64,000 nt of DNA from Nitrospirales bacterium (GTDB taxonomy: Bacteria > Nitrospirota > Nitrospiria > Nitrospirales > UBA8639). This document shows, one piece after another, positions 1-12,742 of the stretch. The stretch lies in assembly GCA_965203295.1 (NCBI GenBank), contig CBDBCZ010000014.1, forward strand, positions 352,001 through 416,000, in the 5' to 3' direction. The notes under the pieces were generated by a model. It saw only the letters and a program-made list of their open reading frames with translations, ran no database searches and was not told the DNA's origin. Made by a program: the position numbers and the translations under genes. Positions within the stretch are counted from its first letter, which is position 1. The number at the start of each line of letters is the position of its first letter.

Positions 1-760
1 TAGAACTGCTATCCAACCATAATATTATGCGAAGGAAGAGAGACATTGGTTCTCTTGTGCGTCAAACGTATTCTTCCATAAGTTTTGCACCTTTGGATCG
101 TGATGAAGGAGTATCTCTTAGAATTTTTCTCTCTCACCACCTGGAAAAGCTGGTTGGATTGAGCAAGATGTTGGCAGCTGAATATACCGGCATGATGCTG
201 AGCAAGTCTGAAAGCACAATCAGGCAATGGAGAGCTAATCTGTCTAGAGTGGTTATAATTGCGAGACAATTTCAACAAGGCCAATATCAGCAAAGCGGTG
301 TCCTGTGGTCTTCTAAGGATCTGAACAAGAAGGAATCAGTCGGGTCAATGAGGAGCTCTCGCCAAACTCCAATCTAGCGCCTAGCTGGTTTTCCAAGAAA
401 GGTGCCCGTTGAAACTTGTCGTCAATGGCTGCACAAACTGGGCTTTGACAGCTTTCTCCCAGCAAAAGAATGTATTTGATGGGTAAGAACCAGAGGATGT
501 GATTGAATACCACCAATTTTTTTCTAAGAAGATGGTTAAGATTGGCTTCCTTCACCCAGACCAGGCACCTACTCCAGAGGCAGCAAGGGCCTGTCCTCGT
601 GACGTCTCGTCACCATCAACAAAGACGAGAAACAAGACCGTTGTGTTCCTTCATGAGGAGTGCATGTTTCAAGCAAATGACAATCAGAAGGCAATGGGGC
701 TAGAAAGGAGAGTTCATGATACGCTCAAAGAGCAAGGGCCCAGGAATTATGGCAACGGGA
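1..760 (+). pseudogene. Degenerate DDE (IS630/Tc1-like) transposase fragment
   Basis: Frameshifted pieces read TVVFLHEECMFQAND..W..MIRSKSKGPGIM, resembling the FHDESxFxAND...KSKGxGIM motif around the first catalytic Asp; multiple stops and frameshifts. Confidence 0.55.
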
Positions 761-2124
761 GTGTGGAAATCGAGAAATAACAACCCCCACCTACACACAC
801 GCATAGTTTCCACCACGGCATGGAGCAAGGCCTGGTGCAGGCACAGGAACTCGCACAGGGCCAGCATGGGTCTGGGGTCCTCAGCAGAGGCCCAAAAGGA
901 GAGGCTGGTAGCCAGGGCGCTTAATCCCCGACACATCCGTATGGGGGCAATGTTTCATACTGTACACGGGCATTATATACTCCAAAGACCCCGGTCGCCT
1001 CCCTGACATGTTAAGTTACATGTATCAGATCAACAGGGCCAGCCAACAATACAGGTGGCCCTCATGGCTCATATTTGACTCTAACTTTCGCCAGCAAATG
1101 GCCAAAAGTGGGAGCAAGGTCTGGGCTCACCTGGACCCAAGTATGTATGCTATTGCGCTGTGTATGTACGCACATCATTAGCACTGTGTATGAGTACATA
1201 CGTAATTGTATGCATACAGAGCCTGACAATGCGGTTTCATGTTGAGTGTTTGTCGTGCATAGTACACAATATTCTCTGCAAATGTGCACATTAGCGTGCT
1301 AAAGCGCGTATGCATGGATGTTTATTACTGCATGAGAATACGCGACGCACACCTTTTTTATGCACGAGAAATGGTTGCAATCAAAGTTTGCAAAGCCAGC
1401 TTATCAAACATATTGCGAATGCTCACGATTTTCTCATAAAACCATTTGCAACATACTGTACACAAGTACTTTATCAAAATTGTATGGCTAGAAGAGAGCT
1501 ATTAGGGAATTTGGAAAGAAAAGAAGAAAAGAGATCCACTAACGCGGAAGATGGTTGAGTGGAAAGACCAGATACCCAAGACATGCAACATTCTGTTTTT
1601 CTTTTCATTCACAAAGGCTGGCCACATGAGAAAGACAATAGAACAGGCAGGCATGTTTAGCAATAGATACACAGTGCGTAAGTAGGTCTTAATGTGTTTT
1701 AAGTAGCTTGCTTTGGCAACTGGGATGGATGTGTCTTTATTATATAGTTTGTAGGTACTGTTTGAACTATCCCTCAGTTTCTATACATTAAAACAGTCAA
1801 GAATACATTAAGAGCATCATTTAGAAAGCAATTGGTTTGTAATCCAATACTAAATACAACTACAAATGTCATCTACAACTTTTTTTACTAAGTTAATGTC
1901 AAAAAGAAGAACAGAAACATTTCCTGCATTTCTAAATCCCAGTATAGTGTAGGACATCCCTAGCACATTACTATGATCCATTCAGTTGAACACTTCCACA
2001 AACGAGGGAGCCCAAATGAAGTGACCTAAGAATATTTCCAGAAAGAGTTTGCAAGAAGGATAATGGAAAGACATGTACACAGTTAAGCTTATTTTCCTGT
2101 AGCGCTTTGCATGACTTGATACAA

Positions 2125-3495
2125 ACTGTTTTCAACGGACCTTGTGCACTCACTATATTCCATCTCCAGTGGATACATTGTGATAGGATGAGGCAGGAAA
2201 CATACACACAGCATGTTAAGTTGACAAAAAAACTTGTAGATATTGGAAATTGGTACACAATGTGTTTAGATGTAGGAAACTTCCTACATCATGTAAGCTA
2301 TGTTTACATAGCAACACCTACTCATCTTTTATTTAAAATGGGTAAAAAAGATTCTAAAACTTAATTTGGACAGTGAATTCCAGACATTTCCCTTGTAGAA
2401 TCAATTTGAAATAAAGAGGTATTACAGTTTTATTGGTGGAAGAGTTTTGTTCGAATTAAGTTCAGTAGTTCAGTTGTTTGCAGGGTTTTGTGTAACTGTA
2501 GAATTTGATTAGTACTACAATTTTGTACAAGTCTTTCCAAAGTTGTCTGGGAAGTCATTTTAAATAAATTAAAACTTTGGCGAAAGAGTTGTTGTTTAAT
2601 AGTTCAACTGTTTGCAGGGTGTTGTGGAAATTGTTTTGCAAAATTCCATACAAGTCTTTCAGAAGTCATTTGCGAAGTCGCAAAATGAAATCACCTGCCG
2701 CTGGCTGCAAGTATGATAGCAAAGAGAGTGCTCAACTTCAATTTACCTAAAGCAAAGAACTACATACATGTAGATCCCAAACAACCAGATGACTGCAATC
2801 AAGAACTGTAAACTTGAGATAGAACAATCCAAACTCATGGAGATAAATCATTAAGAACTACACCCACGTTGAGCTCTCACCAACCAAGTTTAAAGTACGT
2901 AGATCTCCAAACAGCTGGAACAACAAAGACCACTCTGGATCAGCCCAACACTCTAGAGGAATAAACCAATTTTGATTGTTCTTATTTTTCCACATGCATT
3001 TTACATGACAACATACTAATTGCTTTCAACAGACCTTGTGCACTCACTATATTCTACTGCGAGACTTTACACATTGTGATGTGACAAGATGATGAAGAAA
3101 AAACATGCATGCGCACAGCAAGTTAAGTAACAATTTTTTTTTGATATTGGAAATTGGTACACAATGCGCTTAGATGTAGGAAACTTCCTACACTATGCAA
3201 GCTACATAAACATAGATAGCAACAATTGCTAGTCTTTTATTTGGAAAACTTTACTTTGGACAGTGAACTTGTATGAATTTAACCTTGTAAAACCAAAGGG
3301 TTGTATCAGTTACAGTGAAAGAGAGCTAAGTTCAGTTGTTTGCAGGGTGTTGTGGAACTGCAGAATTTGTTCAGTATCAAAATTTGTGCAAGTCTTTCCA
3401 AATTTGCCTGCAAAGCCATCTTAATGAAAGCTGAACTTTGGTGAAAGATCTGTTGCTTAATGTTTGCAGGGTGTTGTGGAAATTGTAGAATTAGT
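2125..3495. repeat. Diverged direct duplication (~2125-2640 vs ~3025-3495)
   Basis: Shared strings gaccttgtgcactcactatatt, gatattggaaattggtacacaatg and cagttgtttgcagggt occur in both halves. Confidence 0.75.
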
Positions 3496-3499
3496 TTAG

Positions 3500-3760
3500 C
3501 AAAATATAAAGCAGAAAACCTCCAAACAGTTGAAACAACGAAAATCACCCTGAATCAGCTCAACACCCTATATGAATACGACAAAGTATTGGTCAAGGCT
3601 AAAGTGATCCAAGTGAGATCCTGTCACTGTGAGCACTGGCAAGCAAAAGCAGGTGTATTGCCGATGTGACTTCAACAGCAACCTTGATACTATATGGGAG
3701 TCCGACATTGGCAAGCTCCAACTACAAAATGCAACGTACATGTACAACTAACAACTAATC
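3500..3760 (+). pseudogene. Possible OB-fold (RPA/SSB-like) gene fragment
   Basis: ITLNQLNTLYEYDKVLVKAKVIQV followed, after frameshifts, by TATLIL..WESDIGKL, a beta-strand pattern of OB folds. Confidence 0.35.
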
Positions 3761-4149
3761 TAGTGGTTCAATTGTCACCTCCTGCAACATCTCCAAGCCT
3801 TTGGAGATTGTCTGCAAATCATCACTACCCCACACCGTGACAATTAAGGGATGCACATACCATACAAAGGCACCACTGTTTACAGCACCACCTAACTGAA
3901 CCAGCTGAAGCTATGTTTGCTTGTATAAATATATTTGTCAGTCTGCTTGTCTGTAATTACCTCTTTCTAATGTACTTATTCAAGTTAGACTGGCATTGCT
4001 GCAGGCTAGTCGGCCAATATGTACTCGTTTGTATTTCACTGTAAGAAAGAAGGCCAAACATGAAGATCCACTTCTCACAACACCAGGCCCAACATTCCAC
4101 AGATCTTCCTGATATGGCCAGAAGAGGGACAACAGTTTCTGGAAAGACT

Positions 4150-4470
4150 AAACAATCTCTCACCTACTATTAAGTTGACCTGGCAGATCTCTACTACAGA
4201 AGCTATCTTCCTAGATGTAGCAATCCGAAAGGACAGTTCGAATCCCAGTAGGTTAATTACAGCCATGCCACAACCTACAGCATAAGAGAGAAGGCTGTAG
4301 AATGTCAGACGGAATAACGATCAATACCATACCAGAAACCACTCAATCACTACATATTCAATTCTTATCACCCTACTCATCCTAAAAGGAGCTTCATCAA
4401 AGCTGAACTTATTTGCTATGTGAAACTTCTCTCAGGGGCAACAGACTACCTCAAAATCAGAACCCTGTGA
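4150..4470 (+). pseudogene. Penelope-like RT C-terminal fragment
   Basis: IFLDVAIRK...YQKPLN.YIFNSYHPTHPKRSFIKAELICY matches the Penelope RT thumb motif (YxKP...SxHP...K); frameshifted. Confidence 0.6.
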
Positions 4471-4554
4471 GTCTGAAATGGAAGAGCTACCAAGCGAGGA
4501 TGATGAGCCGCCCCTGGAAAACACCGAGACCAATCAGCAATATGACGTACATTT

Positions 4555-6200
4555 GTCAGGGATAATGTGGACAAGAATGTGAAGCCATCTTTGCAACGGC
4601 AGGAATTAAAATGGCAATCTCTTCACTATTTTCATGCCTATGCAATGAAGGGCTGGGTGAACCTAGCATCACTGTTAGGCTCCCCTCCAGCTAGATGTGC
4701 TTTCAATTCAAATGTCCTACTTCTGTCGACTGCTCAGTATCGTGAGGAGATGTGCATTCTTTCATCACAGTAAGCTTTCTTAGTAATATACATAGTCTAA
4801 TATTCAGGTTCACTGTGGCATGGATCCTGGGAATGAACCAATTTGGTACAGCATTTATGATCTAATGCGTCTTGTAGATTATTGTTCAGCATATGGTTGG
4901 CTTCAAGGGTCAGGCCAAGCAAGTCACATGGCATATACCCAGCAAGTATGCCAAAGAGAGACGTCAATGAAGACCTAAGATAGTACTAAGGCTTCCCAAA
5001 TACACAAGACCTAAGATAGTACTAAAGTACAAAATTCTACTGGGAGATCAGTTGACTGTAGCCTGAATACATAAATCCCAGCCACTTCGAGGCACAGAAG
5101 ACAGAGCTTTTTGATAGATGAGAGGGCATTATTGCAGTTGTGGAGGACTGGCTTACCAGGATGGCCCTTATGAGGGTACGTTTAGGCATTTCACCATCAA
5201 AATAATGAACTTGTATGAACAGCATGCATGCCCCACAGCATGCATACCACTTTACAGCTTTTAATTATAAGTGTGTAGGCAATTGAATGGGAAAGCACTA
5301 GGAATGAAGCAGTTAATTAATTAATTGAAATGATTTGTGCATTACATGTATGTACCTGCAGACTATCTGGCAACGACTATATTCCACCAAGTCTAGCAAG
5401 GGGAAAGCAACCATGTATCAGTTGTGAAACCTCATCAACCGAACAACATGCAATACCATCTGATCCAGGTGATAATATGAATGCAGCAGAAGACTTTCTC
5501 TTGCTACTCCTACATGCACATGGTGTGGCTGCAGAAATAGTCATTCAGTCTGCCAACCCTACACTGTATGAGCACTGTTTCTGAACTTGCCAAATCAGTT
5601 GTTGCACGCTGGCCACAGGTGAGCTCAGCACAAGACCCAGAAGCATGCCAAGAAGGCATACATATGTATGCTGTTGAGCTGTTAACACACTTGGTCTACT
5701 ATGGCATGGGTTGCATGATGCAATTAGAGAGGGAGATGGTGAATGAAAAATTCGTTTTTGTTGATTATCTTCAAGTCCTCAAATCACCCCAATTACGCCA
5801 AAGAGGCAGTCCAGTTTTTACTTCAATACGAGTACTTATTCCCAGAAAGGCAAAGGGCGCAACTTCTCTGGTGTCGGTGGGTGAATACAAGGGGATGCTG
5901 TGGTGATAGCATTCCTTGCGATTTACACATGGAGCACCTTAAACAATGACTTAAACAGTTTGAAAGGCCTAGGGACAAACATTTCACCAAAGCTGTTGTA
6001 AAGGCAGGTAAAAGCATTGCAACAGTGCAGCATGTATGCCAGTCATTTGCAAGACAAACTTTCAGTTACTGATCATCACCCATTTCCAAGCTTTGGAAAG
6101 GACTTCTCAATGGTACTAAAGACACACGAGGAGATGAATGCATTCGTACCAATCAGTAAACGGCAGCACGATAGTTTCAAATTGAAGTGTGGGCTGGTCG
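4555..6200 (+). pseudogene. Spliced, decayed DUF6589-type transposase (AcademH-like)
   Basis: Motifs GDNVDKNVKP..QSLHYFHAYA, VVEDW..RM, DPGDNMNAAEDF, SNHPNYAKEA and RWVNTRG..DSIPCDLHMEHL; many stops and frameshifts. Confidence 0.65.
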
Positions 6201-7250
6201 TAATGGATATGATGCTGGAGCAATTATATTTGAAGGGAAAAGGTAGAAGGCACACTAATAAGAAAATGAAAGAGTACGTGGATAATCGTACTGTTTGTAA
6301 ACATAGGTTTTTCAAGATTTTATTAAAAAGAAATCCAAGTATGTGGTTGTAAATGTTCCGATATATGTGCCAAATCTTGTACATGCAGTTTGTGTCAGCA
6401 ATACTTATGTAGCTACACAAGACAAATTTGATAAATACTGGTTTGAACTTTCTTTCTCCAGTAGTCCAACCTGTCCCTTGAACATACTCTTCAAGATTGT
6501 ACCCAGTGCATGACCCTTCTCATGTCTGAAATATTTACACCTAATCCGAATGCAGATGTTGCAATCACTAGATGGAGTTTACTAGCCAATGTCGTGACAG
6601 TTGAGAGCACCTGTTCTTTCTCTTTTGATTAGTTTAAACACAACTGTACATTTCAACCATCCTAAATTAGAGACACACTAGGGTAACCAGTGCAGGAAGA
6701 ATCTAGCGAGGTAGCTGCAGCAATCTCTAGCCATGGCAGGAATCATTTTGCCCTCTTTCTGAAAAATTGCTGATGTAAACAAGAAGGTGCAACTTCTATT
6801 TGATCTGGGAATGAGTGATTTTGTCAATGAAGGCTGCTGACCAAGCACTTAAACGTCAAGTGTCACGGACTTCGGGATTAACTTAAATATTGTGTGTTGT
6901 ACGTATGTGACCCCAAAACCCGGCACAAGTGTCGAGATTGAACTGACCTAACTTATTGTGCGTGTTGTACGTAACTTACGTTAATGCGTTACGTACGTAC
7001 GCATCAAAATGCGCACACTTATTGCGTACTATAGCCGTGTACTTATGCAAGAGTAAATGAAGAATTGTGCGCAAGTTTCCGCGACCGCACATGAATACCC
7101 ACATGTACTAGAGGCATATATACGCGTAAGTACGCGATTGTTTGTAGGTCGTTTTACACGGGCAGGAATGTATGGGCTACCAAAAATTGGTGTATACATT
7201 GTAACTACATTATCTGTAGTGATCGAACAATGTCGTGTGTTGTAACAACT

Positions 7251-7712
7251 ATGGCCACTTGTGTCAAAAAGGCTTCAGTGTTTGCCGCATCCAAACTGGG
7301 CTACGAGACTCTGAAGAAGGAGCAGAAGGAAGCAGTAAAAGCGTTTGTAGATGGCAATGACGTATTTGTGTTTCTTCCCACTGGTTTCAGAGACTTCCTG
7401 TGTTTTGTGTTGTTACCCTACGTATTCGATTATATGAGAGGGAACATAGAGTCACCAATGTCGATCGCTCTTTGTGTTTCGCCACTCACCAGTTTAGTGA
7501 TGGATCAGCGGAACAAGTTGTCACCAAGGGAGTTACGGTATGAGTTCCTGGGAGAGGCTCAAGCAGACCCACAGGCGGTAAAAGATGTTGAAGCTGGAAA
7601 GTATCCGCTAGTTTACCTTAGCCCTGAATCACTGTTGACGAACCCTACTTGGAAAGAGACCATGAGAAGTCCTACATATCATAATCATCTTTGTTGATGA
7701 GTCCCAAAAAAT
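7251..7712 (+). pseudogene. RecQ-family helicase N-terminal fragment (AcademH-type)
   Basis: LGYETLKKEQKEAV..GNDVFVFLPTGF (degenerate Walker A), VSPLTSLVMDQ, LVYLSPESL; frameshift before the VDE motif. Confidence 0.8.
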
Positions 7713-8869
7713 GGTACCGGTAATCCCTGTAGTAAAAACTATTTGTGCAGTAGATTGTATTGCTGATATAGTCTTGATACCAGCCTGCCTATCAAGGCAG
7801 AGACTACTGCTAATAAATCATCAAAACTGGTGACCCATTAATTATACTGGAGATATGCATGCACAGTGTAGGCCTTGCACATGTGCATTCGGTAGGTGTG
7901 CTTTGCTATGCACGTTTATTGAAGCAAGAGTGAAGTGAAAATGGCCAAATGAGAGTGTGATTTTGAGGAGTATGAAGACGTGGACAAGGTGATGCATGCC
8001 TCCCCAAGGCATGGTTTGGTGGTGACATCTGTATCCCCCATGAAAAGAGCAGAACTTGCTCTTGGAGAGATCTCGAATGGGAGGGCTTCTATGCGGATGC
8101 TTTTGTTGTGGCTGCCTCTATTTGCTTTCTCTTGCAGAGTGTTAAAAAAAACCCTAGCCCTTTCCCCGATTGTCTCACCATCGTCATCCATGGCCGGCCA
8201 ACACACGTGGAATTGTGAGAACTCAGCTATAAAGGGCCAACTACACCATGTGCAGTACGCAGTAAAATTACACTCCTAAGCGTGACACATACCACAGCCC
8301 CTTCCCCACAATGTAACATTAAAGTCAGTGTTTGCAATGTAAGAGGGTAGAAAGATTGCCCTAATGTGCGACCTAATGTACGTACTGAATAATCTGTGTA
8401 TGTGAAACCTTTGTAGACAATGAACAAGAAATTGGCCTACATGGATATACGTGGTTCGAAAATAATAGGAAACAGTTGGCAAAATAAGCTGTTAGAGGGT
8501 TAGGTAGGTCATTAAAAATGACTTATTTACTAATTTCTCAGTCATATCAATGAAAAAATCATGTTAGGCTTTATTAAATTAGTGACACAAATGGACCACT
8601 AGATAAATCAAAATCATGGCATCCAACTCAAGCCATCAATTGGAGTGAATTGGCAAGAAGACAAGGTGTCGAAAAGAGTAATCGTGGCCAGATAGTCAAA
8701 GAGTTCCCAAGGTCCATGAAATCCCAGTAGCAATCTTGGACCAAAAAAGGAAGTCACTCATGCCAGCGAAAGAGGAAGATCCTGCATAGGACTAATTAGC
8801 AGGCAGAGCATTGGCATATATGTGTTACCTCCCTCTTATTGGCTCTAGCCGTGGTGACTGCTCCCAGGA

Positions 8870-9260
8870 GTTTTTGAAACTTTAAAGCCCCTTGTCATAG
8901 ATAACTTCCAAAAAGAAAATTCTTTCATCTGTGGGGACTTTAATGCAAGATGTGGTGGTTTGGAAGATTGCCAGAATGGAAATGCAATCCCTCCTAGACA
9001 AGTAATAGATACAAATACAAATTCCTTAGGAAAATTGAACGCTTACAAGCTCTTGAACACTGTATGCTGAATGGACGTTTTGGTACCTCTAGTAACAAAT
9101 TTACTTCAGTGTCTAGTAAGGGTTTGGCTTTGGTCAACTACACTCTAGTGCCATTGCCTTTTTTTGATAAAAATCAAAACTTTACCATCCATGATGTGAT
9201 TGAGATACGCAGTTAACAAATTTTGTATACCGGTTGACTCCTCACTGCCAGAATATACGT
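8870..9260 (+). pseudogene. Non-LTR retrotransposon APE endonuclease fragment
   Basis: FFICGDFNARCG...DTNTNSLGK...MLNGRF..FTSVSSKG; frameshifted. Confidence 0.7.
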
Positions 9261-10529
9261 AGTAACCTTGGGAAGTGGCTTCAGAGGGGGAAAAGACGAC
9301 ATACAGCATTGCTCGGGCGACCCAGAAAACCAAGTCAGCAGCAGTAGTCACGGCACCCCACCCCCCAACGCTCCCCTCCCATCAACCTCAGCTGCGAGGA
9401 GACCCTTGAACTCAATGAGGAGGCAGGAAGCAGCAGTGAGCTGGAGCTACACACAAATGTAAAGAGGAAAAACAAGAAATTGACCAGATACCCTATGCCA
9501 GGTGCATGTAGTCAGGCCACTTGTTCACAATGCACAGCTCCCATGCAAGGTGACCTAGCTACTACGTAACTAGAACCACTAGTCCATAACGACCTACTGT
9601 AGTATGTGCAGAAATTGTGGTGGCACCTCGAGATGGAGTCAGTCTGCAAGTAGTCAACTCTATTAAGTCTAAAGTTCTACTGACTGTCTGCAAGCAGTCA
9701 AGTCTGGCTAACCTAAAGATCTCTAGGACTGAAATAGCAGAATCTAAGTGGGTGTGGGTCACGTGACAAAATGGGCAGTCATCATACAATGGGAAGACTC
9801 ATAAAATCTTACGAGATACCCTAGTAGATCCTTCCTCTTAAGTGTTCCCAGACTGGGAAAAAATTATCTACAACTGTCTCCGCTCTGTCAAGGGAGGACA
9901 CAGTCGCTTGACAGCAAGTGATGCGCAAAGCTACTGGTCAATATGGGTGGTGTAACATATGCAGTGCAGTTTTTAAACTATTCAGATAAGGTAATAATAT
10001 GTGGCAATTCAGCTAGTTCAAGCTGTTTGCATCAATAGAGATGTGCACCTATATAAAGTTCATTGTATATGTATCCAGGCGAGACTAACACAACCGCAAA
10101 GACTACCACAAGACCACAAGTGAAGAAGGCCAAAATTGAAGTAAGTGTACGTGCATTAGCTGATTAGTAGACACAGCAGTATGTATTCAATCAGTCATTA
10201 CCCTGAAGATCTTTAATTTTATCCATAATTCCAATTCAAATTTCTTATATATGCAGTCAAGCTCCCAGCAGCAGAGTGGTGGTATTCCACCTAGAGTACC
10301 CCAAATTCCAAATGCTGAAGTAATTAACGCACTGAAGTTGAAGCTGCTTGTTATATAGGTAGCTAGGTAGTATTAGTGCACAATACAGTATCATCAGGTA
10401 TGGTTTCTTTTGCCATTCAGGAAGATTCCACCAGTGCATGCGCTGGCAGTGGGCATCAGGTTTGTAGTGCAGGCAGAGTGAGTTGGTGAAAAGCTTGAAT
10501 TGTAGAAAAGTTAATGTCATGGACATTTG

Positions 10530-11150
10530 CAGGACTTACTTATTCGAATTGATAAGAAGTTGGACAGTGCACTACAACAGCTGAACAAGATTTTCTCCTT
10601 GCAGCAGAAGCAAAGCATATTTTTAAAAAAATACGCATGCATATAGAAACATTTCATGCGTGTCCCGTCTATAGGTTTCCAAAGATCAAAAACTAGCTGC
10701 AGAAAGTGAGGCTGCAGACAGTAAGTTGACTATATCTATTTGTTAAATTGTGCCATTTACTCATGCACTTACTTCATAGCTATACCGATGATTTCTCTGT
10801 TGTACATGGAGTGGATCTTTTGAGGATCCCATCTCAAGATGTGTATGCATATGCATTATCAGTATTAGACGTTTTGTTTACGAAGAAGGAGTTGGAGGAA
10901 TCGCTGCTGTTCGCTTCCGTGAAGAGCACAAAGCCACCGCTAGAAAAATCTAGAGTGGACCAGCTCTTCGGTAGGTTTGAGTAGCTATACCTACATCATA
11001 TCAAGAGTGCTTCTTACGCACTCTTGCGCCTACGTACCTATTAATGTGTACACGGCATTAATTCTATATTTCGTTTCCTCCTGTAGCATGTATAGAACAT
11101 AGGTTTGGTAAAGATTATGCCAAAAACGTAGAGACACACCTAGGGTAAAA
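10530..11150 (+). pseudogene. Multi-exon BEN-domain gene (coiled coil + BEN), decayed
   Basis: Exon DLLIRIDKKLDSALQQLNKI (coiled coil); exon VDLLRIPSQDVYAYALSVLDVLFTKKELEESLLFASVKSTKPPLEKSRVDQLF with BEN-like LFTxxEL...PLD pattern; GT-AG boundaries. Confidence 0.6.
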
Positions 11151-11269
11151 CAAGAGACTGCCACACATGATTAACATTGTACATAGTTAAGTGTATTCTA
11201 ATGTATTCTTTCTGTAACCAGTTTTAATTATCATTGTCATTATAGCCTTTTGTAATGTAGCCTTCTCCT

Positions 11270-11663
11270 ACATGAATTTTGTAAGTATCTGCCAAGAATT
11301 TAACAAGAACATGCAGCTTTGAACTTGCATGTTGCCTGCAAGAATCCTGCAAGGGTCTGGTGTGTTGTCTTGAAAGACACTTGCATGAATCTGGCAAGGG
11401 TCTGACAAGGCCATACAAGACTCTTGAAAGACTCCTAGCTTGTTGGCGCCGGGAGCCTTGGTAGATCTGAAGAATTGTACAAGATAGTGGCAAGATCTTC
11501 ACAAGATGTGTTTCAAAATCTGGTCAGATTCTAACAAGATCCTTCAAAGAATCTTGTAGAGTTCTTGGAGAGAACTTGTGTGGTCTTTCAAGATCTGCTC
11601 TGCAGTAGATGCATGGCCTCAGGTGAATTCTTGCACGAACCTTGGCAAGGTTTTTCAGTAGGG
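11270..11663. mobile_element. EnSpm/CMC-like element right end with subterminal repeats
   Basis: Dense tcttg(c)aaga/gcaaga repeats in both orientations ending in TTTTTCAGTAGGG (reverse complement CCCTACTGAAAAA), typical of animal EnSpm termini; left end not found. Confidence 0.55.
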
Positions 11664-12001
11664 CTGAGCTGACAGAAGAACTGGTAGTCATGGTGTATAG
11701 GACAAGTGGCAAGCAAACGTTTTGGAATGCACCATCGCAAAAGGGTTGCACAAACCCGGCAGCTGCTGCAGTTACAGCATCCAAGGAGAAAGTACCATCC
11801 CAGAGATAAGAGTGCAAAAGCGGGTGAAGCTACGTAGCTACAAACGCAAGTGGTTTAAGCCTGTTCATAGCAAAGTACCCGCTAAATCCTGCAAGTTCTT
11901 GATTGGTTTCAGTCCAACTCATAGTCAAGCGCAACCAGTCAAACATCAGTTTGTACACAAACAACCGTCTCCACCACCAGCTGTGTGATGTATGATAAAA
12001 A

Positions 12002-12742
12002 ATGGACGTGTTGCCAGAAGTGCTACGTTTTGCGATTTCCAAAGCGTGCTCTACTGGAATGAAGCTGTCATGGACCATGTGGGAAAACGGTGATTACACT
12101 GGAATAAAGCTCTTCTGGAAGCCAGAAGAGTCAACAAACGGAGGTCGTTCTGATGATCGGGCTTCTCGGTCCACTGCACTGACACATCGAAAAAAGAAGA
12201 AACCCTCCCCATCTACCCAGCGTAGGAATGCCCGCCGGCGTGAGTCTTTTCTTAACCACAAGAAAATGGAGGAAAATAACCCTGGGTCGAGGATTGGAGA
12301 CTCTCAGCCTTCCCTTCTATCTAATGCCCACCCCACCGTTTCTCCCCCTACGGATGTAAGTCCTAAGACCATCATTGCTGGAGATAGGAACTCAGAGTTG
12401 GATTTGTCTACTTGCACTGTAGTTGAGTTTGAGCAGCAGGGTGAAATACCAGGTGTGAAATTCACCACCGCCTCTGGAGATGAAGGATGGACTCCTGTAG
12501 TGTCCAAGAGGCGGAAGAAGTGTGTATCAGCAACCAGCCTGAGGTCTGCTGAATGTTCAGAGTCCAGTGACGATGAATTACAATCTTTGAAGTCAGCCAT
12601 GGGTGTTAGGTATGAAGAACGTGGTGGTGCCCCTGGCTTGCTTGTCCGGAGAGGATGTACCATGAGTAGTAGGAAATGGAGAGCTATAGTCCCAAGCCCT
12701 ATTGCCACTAGAACCCGAACAAGAGTTAAACATAATGTGTAA
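12002..12742 (+). CDS. Intronless 246-aa ORF of a probable non-autonomous retroposon (ORF1-like)
   Basis: Open ORF with basic NLS-like patches, followed by a short 3' UTR and a (TATC)n tail at ~12890-12908. Confidence 0.5.
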   Translation: MDVLPEVLRFAISKACSTGMKLSWTMWENGDYTGIKLFWKPEESTNGGRSDDRASRSTALTHRKKKKPSPSTQRRNARRRESFLNHKKMEENNPGSRIGDSQPSLLSNAHPTVSPPTDVSPKTIIAGDRNSELDLSTCTVVEFEQQGEIPGVKFTTASGDEGWTPVVSKRRKKCVSATSLRSAECSESSDDELQSLKSAMGVRYEERGGAPGLLVRRGCTMSSRKWRAIVPSPIATRTRTRVKHNV

